Positions 9,319 to 18,255 of a stretch of 52,945 bases of DNA are shown piece after piece. Source of the stretch: Clostridia bacterium. GTDB taxonomy: Bacteria > Bacillota > Sulfobacillia > RBS10-35 > JADGHG01. Under the pieces are notes generated by a model. It saw nothing but the letters and a program-made list of their open reading frames with translations. It did not search any database and had not been told where the DNA came from. Position 1 is the first letter of the stretch; the number at the start of each line of letters is the position of its first letter. The translations under genes and the position numbers were made by a program. The stretch is taken from NCBI GenBank assembly GCA_019689585.1, contig JADGHG010000002.1:1-52945 (forward strand). Direction: 5' to 3'.

Positions 9319-11514
9319 GTGTCGCTCGCGGAACTCGCGGACCGCGTCGCATCCTACCAGAAGAACGCCGACCGCGACCTCATCGAGCGCGCCTACGACT
9401 TCAGCCGCCGCGCCCACGAAGGGCAGCGTCGCCTCTCGGGCGAGCCCTACATCGAGCATCCGCTCGCGGTGGCGGCGATCCTCGCCGAGCTCGAGCTCGA
9501 CGACGTCACGATCGCCGCGGCCCTTCTGCACGATGTGGTCGAGGACACGGGCACGCCGGTCGAGGAGGTCGCGGCCGCCTTCGGCGAGGAGGTGGCCGAG
9601 CTCGTCGACGGCGTCACCAAGCTCGAGCGGCTCAACTTCCGTTCGACGGCCGAGGCGCAGGCCGAGAACGTCCGCAAGATGTTCCTCGCCATGGCGAAGG
9701 ACATCCGCGTCATCCTCATCAAGCTCGCCGACCGACTCCACAACATGCGCACGCTCGGGGCGCTCGCGCCCGACAAGCAGCGGCGCATCGCCGAGGAGAC
9801 GCTCGACATCTACGCGCCCCTCGCCGCGCGCCTCGGCATCTTCCGCATCAAGTGGGAGCTCGAGGATCTGGCGCTCCGCTACCTCGAGCCCGAGGCCTAC
9901 CGCGACCTCGCCGAGCGCATCCCGCGCAAGCGGGCCGAACGGGAAGCCTTCGCGCAGGTCATCATCGAGGCGCTCAAGGCGCGCCTCGGCGAAGCCGGCA
10001 TCCGCGCCGACGTGAGCGGTCGCGCCAAGCATTTCTACAGCATCTACAACAAGATGCGCAAAGGGCGCGACTTGGCCGAGATCTACGACCTCGTGGCGAT
10101 CCGCGTCATCGTCGACGAGATCCGCGACTGCTACGGGGTGCTCGGCATCGTCCACGCCATGTGGAAGCCGCTTCCCGGCCGCTTCAAGGACTACATCGCC
10201 ACCCCGAAGCAGAACATGTACCAGAGCCTGCACACGACCGTGATCGGCCCGATGGGCGAGCCCTTCGAGATCCAGATCCGAACGTGGGACATGCATCGCA
10301 CGGCCGAGTACGGGATCGCCGCGCACTGGCGGTACAAGGAAGGGCGCACCGACCCCGACTTCGACAAGAAGCTCGCTTGGCTGCGCGAAGTCCTCGAATG
10401 GCAGCGCGAGACGAAGGACGCCCACGAGTTCATGGAGAGCCTCAAGATCGACCTCTTCTCGGACGAGGTGTTCGTCTTCACGCCGCGGGGCGACGTGATC
10501 GGGCTCCCCAACGGGGCCTGTCCCATCGACTTCGCCTACCGCATCCACACCGAGGTCGGGAACCGCTGCGTCGGGGCGCGGGTGAACGGCCGCATGGTCC
10601 CGCTCGGCTACGTCCTCAAGACCGGGGACATCGTCGAGATCCTCACGCGGCGCGAGGCGCAGCCCTCGCTCGACTGGCTCTCGCTCGTCAAGACTTCGAC
10701 GGCCAAGAACCGGATCCGCCAGTGGTTCAAGCGCGCGCGCCGCGAGGAGAACCTCGAGCGCGGCCGCGAGATGGTCGAGCGGGAGCTCGCGCGGCTCGGC
10801 CTCACCCCGGCCGACGCCATGAAGGAGGCGCACCTCGAGGAGGTGCGCCGCCGGCTGAACCTGGCCTCGGTCGAGGACCTGTTCGTCAACGTCGGCTACG
10901 GCGGGGTGAGCGCCCAGCACGTCGCGAACCGGTTGCGCGAGCTCGCGCGGCGCGCGGGCGAACGCGAAAGGCTCGGGGCGGAGCTCGAGGCGCTCATGGG
11001 CAAGTCCGGCCAGCCGGCGCGCGCGGGCGACCGGCGCGGCGAGTGGGGCAAGCCCTCGGGCGGCGTCCGCGTGCGCGGCATCGACAACGTGCTCGTCCGC
11101 TTCCCGCGCTGCTGCAGCCCCGTGCCGGGCGATTCGATCGTGGGCTACGTCACGCAGGGCCGGGGCGTCTCGATCCACCACGCCGACTGCCCCAACGTGA
11201 CGCAGCATCTGCGCGACCCCGCCCGGCTCATCGAGGTGAGCTGGGACGAAGTCCACGCCACGCAGTACCCGGTCGAGCTGACGGTCTACGGCGCCGACCG
11301 GCCGGGGCTCCTCTCGGACGTCGCCCAGGCCATCAGCGAGTCGCGCGTCAACATCGTCGCGGCCACGGCCAGGAGCCGGGACGACCGCACCGCCTTCATC
11401 GACCTCGTCGTGTCGGTGCGCGACCTCGAGCAGCTCGACGTCATCCAGCGCCGCATCCGGCGCATCCCGGACGTGATCAGCGTCGAGCGGCCCGTGAAGC
11501 GGATGGCCCGCTAG
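9319..11514 (+). CDS. relA: bifunctional (p)ppGpp synthetase/hydrolase RelA/SpoT (Rel)
   Basis: HD domain ('HPLAVAAILAEL', 'LHDVVEDT'), synthetase core ('YQSLHTTV'), TGS and C-terminal ACT regions. Length is 731 aa. Confidence 0.95.
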   Translation: MSLAELADRVASYQKNADRDLIERAYDFSRRAHEGQRRLSGEPYIEHPLAVAAILAELELDDVTIAAALLHDVVEDTGTPVEEVAAAFGEEVAELVDGVTKLERLNFRSTAEAQAENVRKMFLAMAKDIRVILIKLADRLHNMRTLGALAPDKQRRIAEETLDIYAPLAARLGIFRIKWELEDLALRYLEPEAYRDLAERIPRKRAEREAFAQVIIEALKARLGEAGIRADVSGRAKHFYSIYNKMRKGRDLAEIYDLVAIRVIVDEIRDCYGVLGIVHAMWKPLPGRFKDYIATPKQNMYQSLHTTVIGPMGEPFEIQIRTWDMHRTAEYGIAAHWRYKEGRTDPDFDKKLAWLREVLEWQRETKDAHEFMESLKIDLFSDEVFVFTPRGDVIGLPNGACPIDFAYRIHTEVGNRCVGARVNGRMVPLGYVLKTGDIVEILTRREAQPSLDWLSLVKTSTAKNRIRQWFKRARREENLERGREMVERELARLGLTPADAMKEAHLEEVRRRLNLASVEDLFVNVGYGGVSAQHVANRLRELARRAGERERLGAELEALMGKSGQPARAGDRRGEWGKPSGGVRVRGIDNVLVRFPRCCSPVPGDSIVGYVTQGRGVSIHHADCPNVTQHLRDPARLIEVSWDEVHATQYPVELTVYGADRPGLLSDVAQAISESRVNIVAATARSRDDRTAFIDLVVSVRDLEQLDVIQRRIRRIPDVISVERPVKRMAR

Positions 11515-11964
11515 GTGCGCGCCGTCGTGCAGGTCTGCCGGCGGGCGGAGGTGCGCGTGGCCGGGGAACGGGTGGCCCAGATCGGGCGGGGCCTCGTGGT
11601 CCTGATCGGCGTGGCGCGCGAGGACGACGCGGCCGACGCCGACCAGCTCGCCGACCGCATCGCGCACCTGCGCGTCTTCCCCGACGAGGCCGGGAAGATG
11701 AACCGGTCGCTCCTCGACGTCGGCGGCGAGGCGCTCCTCGTCTCGCAGTTCACGCTCCTCGGCGACGCGCGCGGCGGCCGACGGCCCTCGTTCACGGCGG
11801 CCGCGGCGGCTCCGCGTGCGCGCGCGCTCTTCGAGGCGGCGGCGTCCGCTCTCGGCGACCGCGGCGTGCCCGTGCAGAAAGGCCGCTTCGGCGAGCACAT
11901 GGAGGTCGAGCTCGTGAACGAGGGACCCTTGACCATCCTCCTCGACACGAGGAAGGCGTTCTGA
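11515..11964 (+). CDS. dtd: D-aminoacyl-tRNA deacylase
   Basis: 'VVLIGV', 'SQFTLLGD' and 'VNEGPLTILLD'. Length is 149 aa, immediately after relA as in Bacillota. Confidence 0.9.
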   Translation: MRAVVQVCRRAEVRVAGERVAQIGRGLVVLIGVAREDDAADADQLADRIAHLRVFPDEAGKMNRSLLDVGGEALLVSQFTLLGDARGGRRPSFTAAAAAPRARALFEAAASALGDRGVPVQKGRFGEHMEVELVNEGPLTILLDTRKAF

Positions 11965-12710
11965 TGCCGGCCGTCCTCCTCGCGGGGGCGGTGGCCGCGC
12001 TCGCGCTCGCCCGGCTCAGGCCGGTCCTCGGGCGGCCTGCGGCGGGGGGCGCGGGGCCGGTCTTCCTTCGCCTCGCGCTCGCCGCCGGGGGGCTCGGGGC
12101 GCTTACGCGGCTTCTCGCCTCCCTGTGGTCGCCGGGCGGGTGGGCCGAGGCGGCGCTTCTCGCGGCGGGCGCCGCGCTGATCGGCCTTTTCGCGCCGGCG
12201 GCGCTCGGCCTCGCCGGAGCCGCCGGGTCGTCCCGCCGGGCCCTCCTGGGCGCGGCCGCGCTCGCCGCTTCCGCGTCCGGCTGCGGTCTCCTCGCGCTCG
12301 CCTTCGTCCGCGTCGATCGGGATGCACTCTCGGCGGCCGGCGTGGAAAGCGGGATCGGGCTCCTTTCGGCGGGCGGCCCGCCGGCCTGGGCGCACCTTTT
12401 CGCCGGCGCCGTGGCCGCCATGGCGGCCCTATGCGTCCTCGCCTGCGCCGGGGCGGCCGCGCGGGCATGGTACGGGAGGTACGTGGGGCGGGGGGAGCCC
12501 GCTGCCCCGGCCGCCGGGTGGCTTGTGGCCGCAGCCCTCGTGCTGGCCGCGTCGGGGCCGGAGGGCTTCGCTCGCCTCGCGCCCGCCGGCGAGTGGGTCG
12601 GGCAGGCGATGGCCTGGCTCCTCGTGTGGCGCGGAGCCGCGCTAGCGCTCGCGGCCGAGGCCGCACCCCTCTTTCCGGGCCGCGCGCCCGGCGAGGCATG
12701 GGAGGGATGA
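11964..12710 (+). CDS. hypothetical polytopic membrane protein (Ala/Gly/Leu-rich)
   Basis: ATG overlaps the dtd stop by 1 nt (TGATG). About 7 hydrophobic segments. It is the C-terminal part of track ORF 9852-12710. Confidence 0.5.
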   Translation: MPAVLLAGAVAALALARLRPVLGRPAAGGAGPVFLRLALAAGGLGALTRLLASLWSPGGWAEAALLAAGAALIGLFAPAALGLAGAAGSSRRALLGAAALAASASGCGLLALAFVRVDRDALSAAGVESGIGLLSAGGPPAWAHLFAGAVAAMAALCVLACAGAAARAWYGRYVGRGEPAAPAAGWLVAAALVLAASGPEGFARLAPAGEWVGQAMAWLLVWRGAALALAAEAAPLFPGRAPGEAWEG

Positions 12711-12714
12711 GCCG

Positions 12715-13467
12715 GTGGCGTTCGCGTGGATCGTCGTCCTCGTAACCGCGATCTTCTTTGGGCGCGTCCTGCCGCGCGCCCGCAGGAGCGCCCCGCACAA
12801 CGCGTTCTGGGCGCTCTCCCTCGCCATGGCCTGCCTCGCGGCCCTCGCGTACGTCGTCGCCGTCTACGCCGGATCGGCTTTCGCCTTCCGCGTCTACTAC
12901 CTCCTCGGCGCGATGCTGATGGCGGCGTACATGGGGCTCGGGAGCGTCTGGCTCGCGTGGGGCCGACGCCGCCGGCCGGCGGTCCGTGCCGTGACGGGCC
13001 TCGTCGTCGCCGTAAGCCTCATCGGAGCGGTGGCGATCTTCCTCGCGCCGATCGACGCCTCTCGCCTGCGCGGGCTCGCGGGCGACCCGGGCACGGGCGT
13101 CATCCTCGCTTCGGGCGGGGCGGGCGCCCTTTGGCTCGCGGCGACGATCGCGCTCAACAGCTTCGGAGCGGCCGCGCTCGTCGGCGTGGCGATCCTCTCG
13201 GCCTTTCGGGCGCTTGCGGCGCGCAAGGCCGGGACGGCGGCCGACCCCTTCGCCCTGGGCTCGGCCGCCCTCGGCAACAGCTGCATCGCGGTGGGCGGCC
13301 TCCTCGAGGCGGCGGCGGGGTCGGCGGCGCGCCTCGGCCTGCCCGGTATCTTCTGGCTCGTCCTCGCCCTCGGCTGGGTCGCGATCTACTGGGGCTTCGA
13401 GCTGGTCACCCGGGCGTACGCCGTCTCCGCGCGAGAGACGGCCGAGGCGTCTGCCCCGCGCGGGTAG
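12715..13467 (+). CDS. hypothetical polytopic membrane protein
   Basis: GTG start with GGGAGGG 9 nt upstream. Multiple TM helices. No family recognised. Confidence 0.55.
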   Translation: MAFAWIVVLVTAIFFGRVLPRARRSAPHNAFWALSLAMACLAALAYVVAVYAGSAFAFRVYYLLGAMLMAAYMGLGSVWLAWGRRRRPAVRAVTGLVVAVSLIGAVAIFLAPIDASRLRGLAGDPGTGVILASGGAGALWLAATIALNSFGAAALVGVAILSAFRALAARKAGTAADPFALGSAALGNSCIAVGGLLEAAAGSAARLGLPGIFWLVLALGWVAIYWGFELVTRAYAVSARETAEASAPRG

Positions 13468-13827
13468 GCGGAGACCTCCAGCCTGCCGCCACGCCGCTAC
13501 CCAGGGTGCCGCCTCCTCCGGCGCGTCATCCGCCGCGGATCAGCGTGAATCCGATCGCGCTTTCGCAAGGCAGTCATGACGCCGCGAGGCGACTCGCGGA
13601 ATCATTCCGTCCGTGGAGGACGTCTATGAACAGGGTCCCCATGCAACGGTTCCTGAGCGCACTGGAGACATCCGGCCTCCGAAGGGATGCCTATCTATAG
13701 GTGTGCGCGAGTGTGACAGCCACCTGCATTCTGGCAGCAGCCCTGTTCCCTTGGTTGCGGGACGTAGCTGAAACCGTCATCGACATCGTCGTGCTCATCA
13801 TTCTTATTTGCTTCCCTGGGGTGTAAA

Positions 13828-14300
13828 TTGGGCGGACGGCGTAGACGGCAACAGCCATCCCGTGGTTCCTCGGTGTTGGCAACAATCCCCACGGGAGGGT
13901 GACGGGAAGGGCTGGTCGCGGCCACGGGGGTGCGGGACACGGGGGAGCGGGAGGTTTTGGGGTTGGAGGTCGGGCCCAGCGAGGACGGCGCCTTCAGCGC
14001 CGAGTCCATGGCCGAGATCGGCTGCGCCAGGGAGGTGACCGGCCTGCTTCACGAGGCGGCGCAGTAAGGTGGCCAGAACCACGTGGACCCGAATTTACAC
14101 CACCAGCAGGGACACGACCGTCGGGTACAGCACGGGTTTTGTCGGTAGCACCACGCCCGCAGTCGGTAGTACTCTGCGTGACACCGGTAGCGCTTTCGTC
14201 GCGGAGCCGGCGTTCCGCCTGCTGGGGCCGCATTTTGCGGAGCAGCGCGACGGCGCGCTGCCACGCCGCGAGGGCTCGCGTTCGACGCGGAAGCTGACAG
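13828..14300 (+). pseudogene. decayed IS256-family (mutator-type) transposase remnant
   Basis: Frame-shifted fragments 'GLVAATGVRDTGEREVLGLEVGPSEDGAF' and 'FVAEPAFRLLGPHFAEQRDGALPRR' resemble conserved IS256/IS1081 blocks ('ATGV..G.REILG..V..EDGA', 'FP....RLVGAVLAEQHDEW'). The DDE core between them is deleted and stop codons are present. Confidence 0.55.
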
Positions 14301-14589
14301 ATGGGTCCGGCATGGGGCATCCCCAAATGGTGATGAACGACGGGTACTGCCGGCGCTTCGTCGGGTGGGGTTCCATGCGCGTTCCATGGTGTGTGACCCT
14401 CCCTGCTGGCAGCCTGTTAGCAGCTGCGCGCAGGCGATGAGTTCCCCCGTCGCGCGACGCTTGTGGCAGTAAGGGTTCGTCCATGCCGCCTGTTTCGTCA
14501 GCTGCCCGCAAGCCTTCCGGCACCAGACACCGCCTGCCAGCAGTCTCGCGTCGCCACCAGCCACTAGCGTTTGCGGCCCTCCTGGCAGG

Positions 14590-14800
14590 TTGCCTACTGG
14601 CAGGCGGGGCGGGATGGCCCCCAACAAGCGTGAAAGCGAAAAGGTCTCAAGGCCCGGCAGGAATCGGCAGGGTCCAGCGTGTATTTAGAAAATGCTATCG
14701 ATAGGCGAAACGGGGGGCTGATCCTGAGGACCGCCCGGATGTGCCGGCCTTCTGTGCCGCCAAAAGGCGGATTCGCGAGCACTATGTCATAGCGCTGCGA
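14590..14800 (-). pseudogene. hsdM: type I R-M methyltransferase (HsdM) fragment
   Basis: The minus-strand translation contains 'YDIVLANPPFGGTEG', the N6-adenine MTase motif IV, with NPPF at 14762-14773. There is no intact ORF and the 5' part is missing at the DUF3800 junction. Confidence 0.55.
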
Positions 14801-14816
14801 GTAGGTGGCCTGAATT

Positions 14817-15584
14817 ATGTATCTGGTATTCATAGACGAATGCGGATATGCAAGAAACTGGCGCAATCGCCAGGCGATTCAGCAGCAGCCCTTCTATGTC
14901 CTGGCCGGAGTGGCTATGCATTTTGACCGTATAGCAGACATTTATGAGAGCATTCGCAAAAGTATTCGAGGCTTGAATCTTCCTAAGACAGAGGCTGATA
15001 TGCTGGGCAGGGGTGAAGAAATCAAAGCTAGCTTAGTCGATAAGGGGGATGGATTCTGGCGACACAACCCTAGGCTTCGCAACGGAATAAGGAAAGGGTA
15101 TCTCAATCATCAGGATGTCACGTATTTTGTGGTATGCATCAACAAACAACGCCACAAGGCACAATACTCTTCACCAGATGACCCGACAGACCTTGCAGTG
15201 AAATTTCTTTTCGAACGCCTTCAGGGTTTTCTAGATGAAAAGCAAACCTTCGCGCTCGTGCTAATCGATGCGAACAAACGTGAGGAACAAAAGCAACGCA
15301 CCTGGATTGAGGGATTGCTAGCGGCGGGATCGTCGGGTATCGCTTTGAGCAAATTCTACGGGATTTTCTACCATTGGTCGATTCAGTTCAAACGTATTGT
15401 AGAAGTTCATTTTGGGGATAGCAAGGATTCTCTTGGCCTTCAAATTGCCGATTTTGTCGCCCGCCACGCGTATTCGTGGCGGAACAGCGACAGAGATGCC
15501 AGTTACCCTGGGTGGGATCTGATTGAACCAAGGCTTTACAAATATCCGAATCACGGAGGTTGGGGCTACAAGGAGTTCCCCTAA
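14817..15584 (+). CDS. DUF3800 family protein (intact, low GC)
   Basis: ATG with AGGTGG SD 8 nt upstream. N-terminal 'MYLVFIDECGY' and C-terminal 'LGLQIADFVARHAY' match the two DUF3800 signature blocks. Sampled GC is about 45-50%. Confidence 0.8.
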   Translation: MYLVFIDECGYARNWRNRQAIQQQPFYVLAGVAMHFDRIADIYESIRKSIRGLNLPKTEADMLGRGEEIKASLVDKGDGFWRHNPRLRNGIRKGYLNHQDVTYFVVCINKQRHKAQYSSPDDPTDLAVKFLFERLQGFLDEKQTFALVLIDANKREEQKQRTWIEGLLAAGSSGIALSKFYGIFYHWSIQFKRIVEVHFGDSKDSLGLQIADFVARHAYSWRNSDRDASYPGWDLIEPRLYKYPNHGGWGYKEFP

Positions 15585-15599
15585 GGAGGCGTGTGGATC

Positions 15600-16500
15600 A
15601 TGACGGAGCCACCCTCAAGTCGCCCGAGGGCTGGCGCTGTGCTTTGCGCCTAGCGATCAGCCTGCGGCCGCGTTCTGGTATTTCGGCATGGAGCATGTCG
15701 CGTCTGGAGAGTGGGGACAGCCGTAGCCCGGTTGAGGTCGAGGGCCAGAACATCAAAAGCCAAGTTTACTGTTTTTCCGTCCAGGTCTTGTCCTTTGCGG
15801 ATACGGAAGGCCGCGGTCTTACGCGAATAAGCTACTCATGAGCGTGGCACTTCAACGGAATTTGTCCCAATTGCCATGAACGACGACATACTTAATCCGC
15901 GGTATTTCGGCGTGTTCTTGAGTTCTCCGGGCTCTGTTGCGCCACGCAACCGGCAACAAGGAACGCCCTTGTCCCCTCCCAGCCCTCGAGGAGCAGCACC
16001 GCATCGTGGAGCGGGTTGAGGCGTTGATGAGCCGCATCGGGGAGGCAAAGCGCGGGCGCGAGCAGGCCAAGGAGGACACCGAGCGCCTTTGGCAAGCCCT
16101 CCTGTCCGAAGTTTCCGCACGGCCCGGCGGCGAGCTACGTGCCGATTGGCGCTGGGTGTTGGTGGGAGGGGCGTGTCAATATGATCGGCGCATGGGACAG
16201 CCTGGACGACTGCGTGAAATAACCTTCTACGTCTACAGCATCCGCGCATACGGCACTGAAAAGCGACCTGAAAGAGTAGACGGTAGTCGAATTCGTAGTA
16301 GGGAGGTTGCCATAGAATCAGGAGTATGCCTTTTCTCAAAATTGAACCAATGTATGCCGCGAGCCAGGGGGGGCGCTGAGGTGCCTCAAGATGGCGAGCC
16401 TATGACATCAACAGAGGTGGTGCTCTGCTTGGATCCCGACCGGCCCTCGCGGAACCTGGCCGACCTCCTGGTCCTGCTCGACGATTCCGACCCGCCTTAG
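15600..16500 (+). pseudogene. hsdS: type I R-M specificity subunit (HsdS), frameshifted
   Basis: N-terminal 'SPEGWRCALRL' lies in frame of ORF 15560-15841. 'NPRYFGVFLSSPG' is in another frame. The central conserved region 'PLPALEEQHRIVERVEALMSRIGEAK' and TRD2 cues ('WRWVLVGG', 'GVCLFSKLNQ', 'TSTEVV') lie in ORF 15937-16500. Confidence 0.6.
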
Positions 16501-16727
16501 CACACACTGTCCGATGCGGCCGACCTCGTTACGCGCTTCACAACGGAGGAATCATGTCCTGGCACATCGTAGGAAATACGACCACAAATCCCGGCCTGCC
16601 ACCGATGTCCGGAACCCACTTTGGGCTCATGCCCTTTGTTGAACGCGAAAGGAAGTGACACCGTGGCGGTCCTCGCACTGCAGAAGTTGCCGGTATCGCT
16701 GCCGCAGGCGGCTGGCGCGACCGCCCC

Positions 16728-18032
16728 GTGAGTGGCGGGGGTGCCGGGCCGGACGCGGCACCGCCGCCCCTCTGGCGGCACCGCCCGTTTCTCCTACTCC
16801 TCGGCGGGTACGCGCTCTCCGGCGTCGGCGACCACTTCTTCGATCTGGCCGTCGAGTGGCACGTGTATGCGTCGAGCGGCTCGTCCCTCCAGGTGGCCGC
16901 CGTCGGGGTGGCCTTCCAGCTCGCGTACACGCTGATCGGCCCGGTGGCGGGCGTCCTCGCCGACCGGTGGGATCGCCGTCGCACGCTCATCGTGTGCGAC
17001 GCCCTGCGCGGCCTCATCGTCATGGGCGCAGCCGCTGTCGCGTGGCTTGCCGTTCTGCCCTTCTGGGCGGCCGCCAGCACGGTCTTCGTCCTGGAGGCCA
17101 TCGGGCAGTTCTTCTACGCCTCGCGCCAACCGTTCATCCCCCTCGTCGTGCCCCGCGCGGAGCTCGTCGCGGCCAACGGCGCGCTCTCCGGAGCGGGGCA
17201 CGCCGCGGGGATCGCCGGCCGCGCGTTCGGTGGCGTCGTCGTGTCGGCGGCGGGGACGGCCGTCGCGATTCTCTCGGACGCGGTGTCCTTCTGGATCTCG
17301 GCGGCCTGCGTGTGGCTCATCCGCACGCCTCGGCCCTCGCTGGCGGAGGAGCGCCCGGTCGCTGCACCCTCCGATGCTGCCGGCGAAGGGCAGCGCGGCG
17401 GATGGGCTCGCTTCTGGTCGGAGATGAAGGAGGGCTGGGGCGCGATCGCGGGGATTCCGCTGATCCGCACGCTGGTCGTGTACGCCGTGCTCATCAACTT
17501 CGCGTACGCCATGATCCAGCCTGTGTTCCCCGCCTATGTGGCGACGCAGCTCCGGCTGGGCGCCTGGGCGCTCGGGCTCATCCAGTCGGCGATCCTCGTC
17601 GGCGGCCTCTCCGGCGGCTTGCTGGCCGGAACCGTCAGCCGGCGCGTCCCCGCGGGGCGTGCGGTCATCCTGAGCTTCTCGTCCTTCGCGCTCGTCATGG
17701 TCGCGATCGGACTCTCCGGGTCCCTGGAGTTCGCGCTCGCGCTCTGGGCGCTGTTCGGCTTCACCCTGACGGTGCAGGGGGCGGCCACACAGGCGCTCGA
17801 GCAGGCGTTAATCCCCCAGGCCGTCATGGGGCGGGCCGTCGCGCTGAGCTCGGCGCTTAGCATGGCCCTCATGCCCTTAGGGACGCTCCTGGGAGGCTAT
17901 GCGGGGAACCTCGTCGGAGCGGGTGCGGTGCTGACGGCCGTCGGGGTGTTCGAGGCGCTGTTGGCCCTTCTCCTGGCCGGCAATCCGGGCCTCCGGCGCG
18001 CGGACGTGCGCGAGGTCGGCCCCGCCGCCTAA
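16728..18032 (+). CDS. MFS transporter (MFS_3 / EntS-like efflux type)
   Basis: About 12 TM segments. The N-terminal 'FLLLLGGYALSGVGDHFFDLAV' and 'LADRWDRRR' loop are typical of this MFS subgroup. Confidence 0.8.
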   Translation: MSGGGAGPDAAPPPLWRHRPFLLLLGGYALSGVGDHFFDLAVEWHVYASSGSSLQVAAVGVAFQLAYTLIGPVAGVLADRWDRRRTLIVCDALRGLIVMGAAAVAWLAVLPFWAAASTVFVLEAIGQFFYASRQPFIPLVVPRAELVAANGALSGAGHAAGIAGRAFGGVVVSAAGTAVAILSDAVSFWISAACVWLIRTPRPSLAEERPVAAPSDAAGEGQRGGWARFWSEMKEGWGAIAGIPLIRTLVVYAVLINFAYAMIQPVFPAYVATQLRLGAWALGLIQSAILVGGLSGGLLAGTVSRRVPAGRAVILSFSSFALVMVAIGLSGSLEFALALWALFGFTLTVQGAATQALEQALIPQAVMGRAVALSSALSMALMPLGTLLGGYAGNLVGAGAVLTAVGVFEALLALLLAGNPGLRRADVREVGPAA

Positions 18033-18255
18033 GCCTCGACCAGCACGAGGAGCTTCCCGCTATCGCCGCGCCGGCTCCGCGAAGGCCGGGCACAGGGCGA
18101 GCCGATTCACGCTACCGAAGCCGCGGCCGAGAAGAACCCCTGGGCCTCGCCCCGGGAGGAACAATCGCCCGGAAGGCGTAGTCTGTTTCCTCGTACTCCC
18201 GATGGACAAGGTGCACAGTCTTCAGTAGAGGTGAACAACAAAGGGAGGCGTACCG

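Noticed and set aside
8356-11898. 1180-aa ORF on the minus strand spanning the whole relA-dtd region
   Set aside because: It is antisense to an unmistakable RelA/SpoT gene. Its translation is Arg/Ala/Gly/Pro/Glu-rich with no motifs, except for the last 289 codons, which form the inositol monophosphatase gene. This is a typical high-GC antisense ORF artefact.
15836-16339. 167-aa minus-strand ORF and other short ORFs inside the island (13691-14627, 15318-15554)
   Set aside because: They overlap recognisable transposase, HsdM and HsdS remnants or the DUF3800 gene on the other strand or frame. They have no motifs or ribosome-binding sites.
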